From: Chthoniobacterales bacterium
Lineage (GTDB): Bacteria; Verrucomicrobiota; Verrucomicrobiia; Chthoniobacterales; Chthoniobacteraceae
Assembly: GCA_038207335.1 (NCBI GenBank)
Contig: JBBQZX010000013.1
Location: 71,813-135,812, forward strand
Length of the DNA: 64,000 bases
Direction of reading: 5' to 3'
The notes beneath the pieces were generated by a model, which worked only from the letters and a program-made list of their open reading frames with translations, made no database searches and had not been told where the DNA came from. The translations under genes were made by a program, and so were the position numbers. Positions 19,050 through 28,016 of this stretch are shown piece after piece; the stretch's first letter is position 1; each line of letters opens with the position of its first letter.

Positions 19050-20474
19050 ATGACACCAAATCCGTTCCTCACATCACGCCGCGCCTTTTTGAAAGGGCTC
19101 ACCGTCACCACCGCTGGCGGCATCATTTTACCCAATATCCTCCGAGCGCAGGACGGCGTGCCGCCGAGCAAAAAGCTCGGCATCGCGTGCATTGGCGTTG
19201 GCGGAAAAGGCTGGTCTGACATGGAAGGTGCGGCGAAGGGAAATGAAGTCGTGGCCATCTGCGACGTGGACTCGAACAACCTCGCGAAGGCGGCGCAGAA
19301 ATTTCCCGGTGCACGGCAGTTTAGCGACTTTCGCAAAATGCTCGATGAAGTGAAATCGATCGACGCCGTGACGGTCTCGACGCCCGACCACGCGCACTAT
19401 CCGGCGGCGATGCACGCCATCGGACACGGTAAGCACGTCTGCATTCAAAAGCCGCTCGCCAATACGTTGTGGGAGGCGCGGCAGCTTCATCTCGCGGCGA
19501 AGAAAAAAGGGGTCATCACGCAGATGGGAAATCAGGGCCACACCTACGACGACAATCGCGTGGTGAAAGAGTGGATCGCCGCCGGTGCGATCGGAAAAGT
19601 GAAGGAAGTCCACGTCTGGACGAACCGCCCGATCTGGCCGCAGGGCAAAGAAGTGTCGTTCAAAAAGGGCGAAGTGCCCGCGAATCTCGACTGGCAGCAG
19701 TGGCTCGCCGCGACGCCCGATCACGACTACTCGCCCGACATTCATCCGTTCAAATGGCGCGGTTTCACCGAGTGGGGCGCGGGCGCATTTGGCGATATGG
19801 GCTGCCATCTCATCGACGCCGCTTCGTATGCGCTCGACCTCGGCGTGCCGCGTTACGTCACTTCGACGAAGGTCGATGACATCACGGACATCGCGTGGCC
19901 GACCGGCGCGATCGTGAAGATGGAATTCCCGAACGTGAAGGGTCACGGCGACGTGTCGCTGACTTGGTACGAAGGCAAAAAGCCGGACGGTTCGCCGTTC
20001 CTGCCGGAGTTCCCTGCGTCCGTCGATTTGAACGAATACTTCAAGGACAGCGATCCGAAGAAAAGCGGAAAAGCCACGGCGGGCGGCTGGTTCATCGTCG
20101 GCACCGAAGGCGTGATAATGAACAAATCCGACCAGGCGAAGAACCCGGAGATTTGGCCAAAACAGCGCCGCGAAGCCTTCCTCGCGCACCCGCCCGAGAA
20201 GACGCTCCCGCGCAGCCCGAAAGCCGGAAACCCGCAGGAGGAGTGGGCGCTCGCGATCAAGAACGGCAAGGCGTTCGATTTCATGTCGCAGTTCGATTAT
20301 TCCGTGCCGCTCACGGAGTTGACGCTCATCGGCGGGCTGTCGATGCACTTCGCCGGACAGCGGCTCGACTGGAATTCCGAGAAGCTCGAAGTGGCGAACG
20401 TCGCGGAGGCCAACAAATTCATCAAGCGCGCGAAATATCGCGACGGCTGGGAGTATTCGGCGGACAAAATCTAG
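19050..20474 (+). CDS. Gfo/Idh/MocA-family oxidoreductase with Tat signal
   Basis: SRRAFLK, IGVGGKG, STPDHAH, QKPL, QMGNQG, GDMGCH. Confidence 0.92.
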   Translation: MTPNPFLTSRRAFLKGLTVTTAGGIILPNILRAQDGVPPSKKLGIACIGVGGKGWSDMEGAAKGNEVVAICDVDSNNLAKAAQKFPGARQFSDFRKMLDEVKSIDAVTVSTPDHAHYPAAMHAIGHGKHVCIQKPLANTLWEARQLHLAAKKKGVITQMGNQGHTYDDNRVVKEWIAAGAIGKVKEVHVWTNRPIWPQGKEVSFKKGEVPANLDWQQWLAATPDHDYSPDIHPFKWRGFTEWGAGAFGDMGCHLIDAASYALDLGVPRYVTSTKVDDITDIAWPTGAIVKMEFPNVKGHGDVSLTWYEGKKPDGSPFLPEFPASVDLNEYFKDSDPKKSGKATAGGWFIVGTEGVIMNKSDQAKNPEIWPKQRREAFLAHPPEKTLPRSPKAGNPQEEWALAIKNGKAFDFMSQFDYSVPLTELTLIGGLSMHFAGQRLDWNSEKLEVANVAEANKFIKRAKYRDGWEYSADKI

Positions 20475-20503
20475 GCCCGCACCGCGACCTTTAGCAGTTC
20501 ACG

Positions 20504-20539
20504 ATGGGGCGGCCAGATTTCTGGCCGCCCCATTTTTTT
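20504..20539 (+). terminator. Rho-independent terminator
   Basis: 13-bp stem ATGGGGCGGCCAG/CTGGCCGCCCCAT, 4-nt loop, followed by a T run. Confidence 0.88.
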
Positions 20540-20565
20540 GCGTGAATGTCTCGAGCAGAAACCGC

Positions 20566-21546
20566 TCAGAATGCCCAACTCATCGTGGCGCGCAGGCGGT
20601 AATCCGGGACGGCTTGGATGCCCGAGTTGCCGCGGAATACTGGCGCGTCGAGTCCCACTTCGGCGGTGAAGTGGTCGCGCCACGTCCCCGCAAATTTCGG
20701 CCCGAGATAGACGGTGGTCACGGCCGTGTCCTCGGCTTTCGCACCCCGAAATTTGTCTTCGCCTTTCGTTTCCCCGGAGCAGACGAACTGCGCGCTGAAC
20801 GTCTCGTTGTCGCGGTCAAACAAAACGACACCGGGGCCGCCATTCCACAGAAAGTCGTTCGCGTATTGGTAGTCGAAATCACCTTCGCTGCGGATCGCAT
20901 ACTGCGCGTCCGCCGCGAAAAACGCGCGCTTCCATTTCACGAAAACGCTCCCGCCGACAATGCCGTCGATCGACCCCGAACCGAGTGCGAGGTCATGCCC
21001 ATGGATGCCGCTGGGTGTGAGTTCGTGCGAGTGCCCATCACTTTCACCGCCGGAATGGTCGTGGCCTTCCTCGCCCTCCTCAGCAATTCGGTCGCTGTCG
21101 CCGGTCGGAAATTTCACACCACCGCTGAGTTTAGCGACGAAAGTGAAATCTTCACCGCGCCGCTGAAACGGCACCCAACTCAACAGCAGCGACGTGTCGC
21201 CGATGCCGGAGACGTTGCCATTTTCGATGTGATCCTCAGCAGTGCGGCGGAAGCTGCGGTCGATGTAAGGCACATTCACTTGCAGCCCCAGCGAGCGCGT
21301 AAAGTTGAAGCCGACGAAGGCTTGCGTGATCGAGCTGTGGAGATCTTGCCGTTCCTCGTTGTCAATTTTACGGCCGTCGGATTGCAGCGTGCCGTAGCTG
21401 GTGAACTGCTCGGAGGTGCCGAGGTAAAAGCCGGCGCGCGGCTCCCACGGATGATTGACGATCGTGCAACCGCAGAGGTCGCAGGCTGCGAGACGGGTCG
21501 CGCCGAGGAGAGCCAGCGCGATGGTGGAGGTCAGAATGGTTTTCAT
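20566..21546 (-). CDS. Putative outer-membrane beta-barrel protein with CxxC and His-rich loop
   Basis: Signal peptide, ACDLCGC, SGIGD, VKFPTG, GHDHSGGESDGHSHE, GSGSID, aromatic C-terminus MSWAF. Confidence 0.75.
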   Translation of the reverse strand: MKTILTSTIALALLGATRLAACDLCGCTIVNHPWEPRAGFYLGTSEQFTSYGTLQSDGRKIDNEERQDLHSSITQAFVGFNFTRSLGLQVNVPYIDRSFRRTAEDHIENGNVSGIGDTSLLLSWVPFQRRGEDFTFVAKLSGGVKFPTGDSDRIAEEGEEGHDHSGGESDGHSHELTPSGIHGHDLALGSGSIDGIVGGSVFVKWKRAFFAADAQYAIRSEGDFDYQYANDFLWNGGPGVVLFDRDNETFSAQFVCSGETKGEDKFRGAKAEDTAVTTVYLGPKFAGTWRDHFTAEVGLDAPVFRGNSGIQAVPDYRLRATMSWAF

Positions 21547-21756
21547 TTTGTTGGAATTTGAGCGGCCATGATGGGCCGCGATGATTTTTGAGATGCTGCA
21601 GTTTTCTGCCCGCGCGCGAGCGCAGGCGTGGAGTGCGCTCGCATAGGCCGCGAGTCGGATGGAGAGCGCGCCGTCGCTCTCCGAGCGCGAGCAAAGGCAC
21701 CGAAGGCGCGGTGCCGGAAGAGCCGCGAAAAGCGGCCCGCCAAGGTGCTCCGACCG

Positions 21757-22140
21757 TTAGCTGAATCGAGGCGGCCTCAAAGCCGGTCGATCTGCGCGAC
21801 TCACCGCCGAAGCAGACTCGTGCGCCAGTTCGCGCGAGGTTGGTGATGGATAAAAAATACGGGCGGGTTGCTCGTGAATAATTTCGATTTTCCCCACAAT
21901 AGAAGGGGTCTCGTGCTTCCGTTCATTCGCGTGGCCGCGCTCGATCTTTTTGCACAGCTCGCAGGGGTGCGCGCCGTCGAATGTAGTCTTTACCGCCTCC
22001 GTCCACGAGCCCTCGCGCGACTTCTCAACGAGCATCGTCGTCCACGCCACCGATTGCACCACGACCCAGTGCGCACCACAGCCCGTGAGTAGGGCTGCAA
22101 TGAGCAGGAGACGACCGAATCGAGTGATGCACCGATTCAC
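21757..22140 (-). CDS. Small membrane-anchored CxxC protein with Pro-rich C-terminus (DUF2946-like)
   Basis: Hydrophobic N-terminus, DGAHPCELC, C-terminus RADRPALRPPRFS; GTG start. Confidence 0.65.
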   Translation of the reverse strand: MNRCITRFGRLLLIAALLTGCGAHWVVVQSVAWTTMLVEKSREGSWTEAVKTTFDGAHPCELCKKIERGHANERKHETPSIVGKIEIIHEQPARIFYPSPTSRELAHESASAVSRADRPALRPPRFS

Positions 22141-22188
22141 AACCGCTTCGTAAAAAAGCGGAACGGCCCCGTCAATACCTGCATCCGC

Positions 22189-22365
22189 TCAGGTTTCGTT
22201 CTCTGCGGGTACACCGCTGCGTTCTCGTTCCCCTTGGAGTTCTTTCACATCCTTCTCAATCAACGTGATGATGTAATTGCTCAACGACCTGCGATCCTTT
22301 TTCGCTCTGATTTTTGCGAGTTCCAAGAGATCTTCTGGGCAGCGAAAGGCGGTGTATTTGCTCAT
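22189..22365 (-). CDS. Small ribbon-helix-helix DNA-binding protein
   Basis: TAFRCPEDLLELAKIRAKKDRRSLSNYIITLIE fits the RHH beta-helix-helix pattern. Confidence 0.65.
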   Translation of the reverse strand: MSKYTAFRCPEDLLELAKIRAKKDRRSLSNYIITLIEKDVKELQGERERSGVPAENET

Positions 22366-22481
22366 TGATTGATCAATTCGCAAGCAGTTGTCCCTCGATT
22401 TCAAGGCAGCTCGCGGTTTGATAAAGATATCGCAACTGCCGGTGTGCGCGGTCGGGTGATCGCCCTCATTCGAGAGCGCAA

Positions 22482-23585
22482 TCACTCCTCGCGAGGCCGA
22501 TAGTTCGCCACGAACTCGGCGCGAAATTCCGCGAATGTTCCCGCTTCGATCTCATTCCGCACGCGCGCCATGAGGTTGAGATAAAAGTGGAGGTTGTGCA
22601 GCGTGATGAGACGAAGCCCGAGGATCTCCTCGGCCTTGACAAGATGCCGTAGATAGCCGCGCGAAAATTGCCGGCATGCGGGGCAGTCGCACCCGTCCTC
22701 GATCGGGCCTTTGTCGAAAATGAACGGCGCGTTTTTGAGATTGATTGTGCCGCCCGCGGTGAAGGCCGTGCCATTCCGCGCCAACCGCGTCGGCAGCACG
22801 CAGTCGAACATATCCACGCCGCGCGCCACCATTTCCACCATCTGCGGCGGCGTCCCGAGGCCCATCGCGTAGCGTGGCTTGTCTGCGGGTAGGAAGGGCT
22901 CGCTCGACTCCACCGCCGCCATCATCTCCACCTCCGGTTCGCCGACGCTAACCCCGCCGATCGCGTATCCGTCGAACCCGAGCGCCACCAGCGCCTCTGC
23001 GCTGTGCCGCCGGAGATCGGAAAAAGTCGCGCCTTGCACGATGCCGAATTTCATTCCTGGCGTCGGCACCTCCTTGCATTTCGCGGCCCACATCAGCGTG
23101 CGGTCGAGGCTCTTTGCGGCGTAGTCGTGCTCGCACGGGTAGGGGGGGCATTCGTCGAAAAGCATCGCAATGTCGCTGCCGAGGGTAGCCTGGATTTCCA
23201 TCGCCTCTCGCGGCCCGAGAAAGCATGGCGCGCCGTCGAGGTGATTCTGAAAATGCACTCCTTCGTCCGTGATCTTCCGCAGCCGCGCGAGCGAGAAAAC
23301 CTGAAACCCGCCGGAGTCCGTGAGGATCGGGCCGTCCCACGACATGAAATTGTGCAGTCCGCCAAAGTGCCGCATCACATCCATGCCGGGCCGGACGAAA
23401 AGGTGATACGTATTCCCCAAAATGACGTGCGCCTGGAGTTCTCGCAGCTCCGCGGGCGACACGCCTTTCACCGTTCCCTGCGTGCCGACGGGCATGAAGA
23501 TCGGCGTCTCGATCACGCCATGCGCTGTCGTGAGTCGGCCGCGTCGGGCTTTCGATTTTGGGTCAGTCGCGAGGAGTTGAAACAT
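22482..23585 (-). CDS. tgt: tRNA-guanine transglycosylase
   Basis: TPIFMPVGT, NTYHL, DSGGFQVFSL, GIVQG, DMFDCV, CDCPAC Zn site, HNL. Confidence 0.96.
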   Translation of the reverse strand: MFQLLATDPKSKARRGRLTTAHGVIETPIFMPVGTQGTVKGVSPAELRELQAHVILGNTYHLFVRPGMDVMRHFGGLHNFMSWDGPILTDSGGFQVFSLARLRKITDEGVHFQNHLDGAPCFLGPREAMEIQATLGSDIAMLFDECPPYPCEHDYAAKSLDRTLMWAAKCKEVPTPGMKFGIVQGATFSDLRRHSAEALVALGFDGYAIGGVSVGEPEVEMMAAVESSEPFLPADKPRYAMGLGTPPQMVEMVARGVDMFDCVLPTRLARNGTAFTAGGTINLKNAPFIFDKGPIEDGCDCPACRQFSRGYLRHLVKAEEILGLRLITLHNLHFYLNLMARVRNEIEAGTFAEFRAEFVANYRPREE

Positions 23586-23624
23586 TCGACTCGAAACCTA
23601 CCGCTCACGCCCCGCGCGGCAAGA

Positions 23625-24368
23625 TCACCGCAGTGCGCGTGCCGTTTCCTCCGTTTCCACGAGCGATAAAAACACGTCTTCCAGAGCCCCGCTTTCCGCA
23701 CTCGATCGCCGCAGCTCCGCGACCGTCCCGAGCGCGATCAACCGCCCGCGATGGATGATTCCCACACGATCCGCAACTTCCTCCGCCACGCTGAGCTGAT
23801 GCGTGGAGAGGAAAATCGTCATGCCAGCGCGCGAGCGATCCCGCAGCTCGTCTTTCACGATGCGCGCGTGCCGCGGATCGAGTCCCACCATTGGCTCGTC
23901 AATCACCAACACTCGCGGCTCGTGTAATAGCGCGGAGGCGATCACGAGCCGCTGCTTCGTCCCATGACTGAGGTTTTCGGTCAACTCATGCGCCGATTCC
24001 GCGAGGTGAAGCTTCTCGAACAACTCTCCAGTCCGTTGCGATACGAGTTTTCGATCAAGTTCGAAGATGTCGCCGACAAACCGCATGAATTCCGCCGACG
24101 TCAGCTTGTCGTAAAGGAATGGAAAGTCCGGCACGTAAGCGAGTTGCGCCTTCGCCCGCTCCGGCTCACGCTGGATGTCGAAGCCGCCGATCACGACTTG
24201 TCCCGAAGTCGGCTGGAGTAGTCCGGCGAGCATCTTGATCGTCGTAGTTTTCCCAGCCGCATTCGGTCCGAGAAACGCGAAAAATTCTCCCTGCTTGATC
24301 TCAAGATCCAGTCCCTCGACCGCAGTGAGTGCGCCGAAGCGTTTTGTGAGCGAGCGGGCTGAAATCAA
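23625..24368 (-). CDS. ABC transporter ATP-binding protein (ABC-2 exporter type)
   Basis: GPNAAGKTT, LSHG, IDEPMVGLDP, STH; TTG start. Confidence 0.9.
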   Translation of the reverse strand: MISARSLTKRFGALTAVEGLDLEIKQGEFFAFLGPNAAGKTTTIKMLAGLLQPTSGQVVIGGFDIQREPERAKAQLAYVPDFPFLYDKLTSAEFMRFVGDIFELDRKLVSQRTGELFEKLHLAESAHELTENLSHGTKQRLVIASALLHEPRVLVIDEPMVGLDPRHARIVKDELRDRSRAGMTIFLSTHQLSVAEEVADRVGIIHRGRLIALGTVAELRRSSAESGALEDVFLSLVETEETARALR

Positions 24369-24413
24369 GGTGTCATCAATGTTTGAGAGCGTTCGAGGCC
24401 GCCAGCTCTGAAT

Positions 24414-25160
24414 TCAAAATTCCCCGCTATCCGGCGTTAGCGTATAGCCCATGAATGTTTTCACCGCGAGGATTTGCCCGATCTGACTCACTTGAATTTC
24501 GAGCAGCGTCTGCCCGCTTTGCCGCACCGCAATGAGATAGGTCTCCACCTGCTCATCTCGCATTTTAAGTGACGACTGCTGCGCGATGACTTCCGGCTTC
24601 GCACTGTTTTTACCGCCAACAGTGCGCAGCAGCATCGGGTCCATTCCGAAGTGCTCCATCGCGGCCCGCGCTCCCGCTTCGTCGAGGGTGAAAGTCTCAT
24701 CCTCCAGCACCTCCTCGCGCGTTTTCCAAAGCACATGCGCCAGTCGCCCGCCCGCGTCGATCGTCAGGTCCACGCGATACGCCTCCGGTTCGTGCATCGT
24801 GAAGCCGAACGTCACACGCTGAAGCTCAAAGTCGTGATTCAGCGCGAACCCGCCGTCCCACGAAAACCGCTGCTTCGGCATTTGCGGGAAGCGCAGTTGC
24901 AGATTTCCGATGAACTCCAAAACGCGCTCGCCGCTCGCCACTTCGACCCGCGGACGCAGCCGCAGATAACCCACCCGCTGGCCATCGGAGACGATGTTCA
25001 AATCCGACGACTGCTCATGCAGAAAGAGCAGCTTCAGCACATGCTCGACCGGCACGATCGTGAGCCGCGACGCGCCCGGATGCAGCTCCGTCCGCACTAG
25101 CAGCGCCGTCATCGTGAGCCAAAAGGCGACGATCGAGAGCGGGAGGATCCGGGATAACAT
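24414..25160 (-). CDS. Hypothetical protein with N-terminal TM anchor
   Basis: ORF from [14 protein letters not shown], beta-rich body; co-oriented with the ABC ATPase. Confidence 0.7.
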   Translation of the reverse strand: MLSRILPLSIVAFWLTMTALLVRTELHPGASRLTIVPVEHVLKLLFLHEQSSDLNIVSDGQRVGYLRLRPRVEVASGERVLEFIGNLQLRFPQMPKQRFSWDGGFALNHDFELQRVTFGFTMHEPEAYRVDLTIDAGGRLAHVLWKTREEVLEDETFTLDEAGARAAMEHFGMDPMLLRTVGGKNSAKPEVIAQQSSLKMRDEQVETYLIAVRQSGQTLLEIQVSQIGQILAVKTFMGYTLTPDSGEF

Positions 25161-25250
25161 TCGCGTGAAATAATGCACGCCGTGCCGCGCGTGTCGCCTG
25201 TTTGCTTCGTGGTGGACAGCTCCGCGCGGCATTTGCAGCATCGCCACCCG

Positions 25251-26045
25251 ATGCGCGAATACCTCGATCTCCTCCGTCTCGTGCACGATCGTGGAGTGGA
25301 AAAATCCGACCGCACCGGCACCGGCACGCGCTCGATTTTCGGGGCCCAGGCGCGCTTCGATCTCTCGCGCGGCTTTCCGCTGCTCACCACGAAAAAGGTG
25401 CACCTGCGCTCAATCATTCACGAGCTCCTCTGGTTTCTGCGCGGTGAGACGAACGTTAAATATCTCCGCGAAAATGGCGTCACGATCTGGGACGAATGGG
25501 CAGACGCCGAAGGAAATCTCGGGCGCGTCTATGGCGCGCAGTGGCGGGACTGGCGCACCGCCGACGGGCGCGCGCTCGACCAAATCGCGCAGGTGATTTC
25601 ACAGATCAAAAGCAACCCGGACAGCCGCCGCCACATCGTCACCGCGTGGAATCCCGGCGAGGTCGATCGCATGGCGCTCCCTCCGTGCCACGCTCTGTTT
25701 CAATTTCACGTCGCCGCCGGTCGTCTGAGCTGTCAGCTCTACCAGCGGAGCGCCGACATTTTTCTCGGCGTGCCTTTCAATATCGCCAGCTACGCGTTGC
25801 TCACGCTCATGGTCGCGCAGGTCTGCGATCTCTCGCCCGGCGACTTCGTCCACACATTCGGCGACCTTCATCTTTACTCGAACCACATCGACCAGGCGCG
25901 CCTCCAGCTTTCGCGTGAACCGCGACCGCTTCCGGCCATGACGCTGAATTCCGCGGTGCGCGAGATCGACGCGTTCACTTTCGAGGACTTCACGCTCACT
26001 GGCTACGATCCGCACCCCGGCATCAAGGCTCCCATCGCCGTTTGA
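25251..26045 (+). CDS. thyA: Thymidylate synthase
   Basis: [41 protein letters not shown]. Confidence 0.97.
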   Translation: MREYLDLLRLVHDRGVEKSDRTGTGTRSIFGAQARFDLSRGFPLLTTKKVHLRSIIHELLWFLRGETNVKYLRENGVTIWDEWADAEGNLGRVYGAQWRDWRTADGRALDQIAQVISQIKSNPDSRRHIVTAWNPGEVDRMALPPCHALFQFHVAAGRLSCQLYQRSADIFLGVPFNIASYALLTLMVAQVCDLSPGDFVHTFGDLHLYSNHIDQARLQLSREPRPLPAMTLNSAVREIDAFTFEDFTLTGYDPHPGIKAPIAV

Positions 26046-26052
26046 AATTGCG

Positions 26053-26637
26053 ATGAAAGCGATTGCCGCAATGTCGCTCAACCGCGTGATCGGCCGCGAC
26101 GGCGCGATTCCCTGGCATCTGCCCGCCGATTTCAAGTGGTTCAAAAAACTGACGCTAGGCGGCTTCGTCATCATGGGGCGTAAGACTTTCGCCAGCCTCG
26201 GGCGTCCGCTGCCTGATCGCACAAATGTCGTCCTCACGCGCACGCCGCGACGACTCGCCCGCGATCCGAAATTTCGCGAGACCTTTGGCCCCGCGATCGT
26301 CGGTGGATGGGTGCCACGCATCGGCCGCGCGGGATATCAACTTGGGTTCAATCGTCTTGCCGCGCGCGATGTCTGGCTCGTGAAAAGCCTTCCGAAGCTC
26401 GTTGCCGCCTTCCGCCGCGAGTTGCCGTCCCGTGAGGTTTTCGTCATCGGCGGTGCTGAAATTTACGCGCAACTGCTGCCTCACTGCACCGACCTGTATC
26501 TCAGCATCGTCCAGCGTGAAGTCGAAGGAGACGCGCATTTCCCGCCGTTCGAGGAGCGCTTTGAGAAAGTCGAAACCGTGCTGCAAGAGGCGGAATTCCA
26601 TGTTGTTCATTTCCGAAACCGTGAAATCACGCCATGA
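26053..26637 (+). CDS. folA: Dihydrofolate reductase (with internal insertion)
   Basis: IG...IPWHLPADF, MGRKTF, PLPDRTN, IGGAEIY, EGDAHFP; follows thyA. Confidence 0.92.
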   Translation: MKAIAAMSLNRVIGRDGAIPWHLPADFKWFKKLTLGGFVIMGRKTFASLGRPLPDRTNVVLTRTPRRLARDPKFRETFGPAIVGGWVPRIGRAGYQLGFNRLAARDVWLVKSLPKLVAAFRRELPSREVFVIGGAEIYAQLLPHCTDLYLSIVQREVEGDAHFPPFEERFEKVETVLQEAEFHVVHFRNREITP

Positions 26638-27302
26638 CAGCCGTGCCGCTTTGCTCATTGATCTTCGGCTGCCTCGCACTTCTTCACCCCACCATTTCCG
26701 TGGCTGAAAATCGCGCCGACTCGAAGCGAAACCCCGTCCTGCTGATTCACGGCATCAAAGATACAGGGCGAAAAATGGAACGGATGGCGCGATACCTCCA
26801 AGAGCGAGGCTGGGATGTCGAGACCATCACGTTGCGGCCGAGTTGGGGACAACTCGGCCTCGACGAACTCGCGCAGCAAATCGCGGCGCATACGGATGCC
26901 AAATTTGCGCGTGGACAGAAGTTCGACATCGTCGCATTCAGCATGGGCGGGCTGGCTGCGCGCTTTTATCTCCAGCGGCTCGGAGGCCTCGAGCGCGTGG
27001 AGCATTTCATCACCCTCGCGACCCCGCACCACGGCACGTGGATGGCCTACACGCTCCCAAACAAGGGTGGCCGGCAAATGCGTCCGCGCAGCGCATTTCT
27101 CCGCGACCTCGCAAGCGACGAAGCGCGATTGAGTCAGGTGAAGTTCATCAGCATCTGGACGCCGCTCGACCTGATCATCCTCCCGCCGCGCAGCTCGGAA
27201 ATCGCCTCCGCACGTAACGCCAAAATGTGGATCGCGCTGCACCCGCTCATGGTCTGGCAGCCGGGCCCGCTCCGCGCCGTCGCCGCCGCGCTCCGCGAAT
27301 GA
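26634..27302 (+). CDS. Alpha/beta-hydrolase, lipase class 2-like
   Basis: PVLLIHG, AFSMGG nucleophile elbow, TPHHGT, terminal H. Confidence 0.87.
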   Translation: MTAVPLCSLIFGCLALLHPTISVAENRADSKRNPVLLIHGIKDTGRKMERMARYLQERGWDVETITLRPSWGQLGLDELAQQIAAHTDAKFARGQKFDIVAFSMGGLAARFYLQRLGGLERVEHFITLATPHHGTWMAYTLPNKGGRQMRPRSAFLRDLASDEARLSQVKFISIWTPLDLIILPPRSSEIASARNAKMWIALHPLMVWQPGPLRAVAAALRE

Positions 27303-27308
27303 CGCGTC

Positions 27309-27692
27309 TCACCAAAGCGTCTTGATTTCGTAATCCCCAAATGCCCCGTCCGACGTGATGACAGTGAAACCCTCCACATCCGACTGCGCTATCAGCATCC
27401 GGTCGAATGGGTCGCGATGATGCAGCGGTAGCTCGGCGAGGCGCTCGGCATGACTGAGCCGGATCGGCAGCAGTTGGAGCCCATCCTGCATCTGGGCTTT
27501 CGCAAACTCAGCAATACTCATCTCCAAATCCAATTTCCCGATGCCAGACTTGATCGTCATCTCCCAAACGCTGGCGATCGAAAGCCAAATCTCCGATTCA
27601 CCGTCTTCGAGAATCTTGCGAGCACGACGGCTCAGTTTCTCAGGGTCGCGCCACGACCAAATGAGGACGTGAGTATCTGCGAGGTATCTCAC
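27309..27692 (-). CDS. vapC: VapC-family PIN-domain toxin
   Basis: LADTHVLIW, SIASVWEM, HHRDPFDRMLIAQ, TSD; GTG start overlaps the antitoxin stop. Confidence 0.92.
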   Translation of the reverse strand: MRYLADTHVLIWSWRDPEKLSRRARKILEDGESEIWLSIASVWEMTIKSGIGKLDLEMSIAEFAKAQMQDGLQLLPIRLSHAERLAELPLHHRDPFDRMLIAQSDVEGFTVITSDGAFGDYEIKTLW

Positions 27693-27973
27693 ATGTAGTC
27701 CTTGAAGTCCTCGAGCGGTGCGTCGAAATCCGGTGCCATCCATCCTTTGCCCCGACCCTTTCCCAAGACCCGAATTTTCTTTGCCGGCGCAGCGATCGGC
27801 CGGATTTCGGCGATCGGTTTGCCGTGCTTGGTTACGTAGAAAGTCTCCCCGTGCGCGACCTTTTGCAGGATCGAGGAAAGATGAGTTTTCGCCTCAAAGG
27901 CACCGACTTCCTGCACCCGTACCGAGACGATTTCTTCCTGCTCGTATTTCACCGGTTTTTGCTTCTCTTTCAT
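27689..27973 (-). CDS. Phd/YefM-family antitoxin
   Basis: VGAFEAKTHLSSIL, GE...VTKHGKPIA, C-terminal DFDAPLEDFKDY. Confidence 0.9.
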   Translation of the reverse strand: MKEKQKPVKYEQEEIVSVRVQEVGAFEAKTHLSSILQKVAHGETFYVTKHGKPIAEIRPIAAPAKKIRVLGKGRGKGWMAPDFDAPLEDFKDYM

Positions 27974-27976
27974 GCC

Positions 27977-27997
27977 GACTAGTCTGAACGACTGGTT
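27977..27997. promoter_or_regulatory. Probable TA autoregulatory operator (GACTAGTC palindrome plus degenerate copy GACTGGTT)
   Basis: Two 8-bp sites 13 bp apart directly upstream of the antitoxin ATG. Confidence 0.5.
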
Positions 27998-28016
27998 GAA
28001 ACACGCAACCCCCTTT

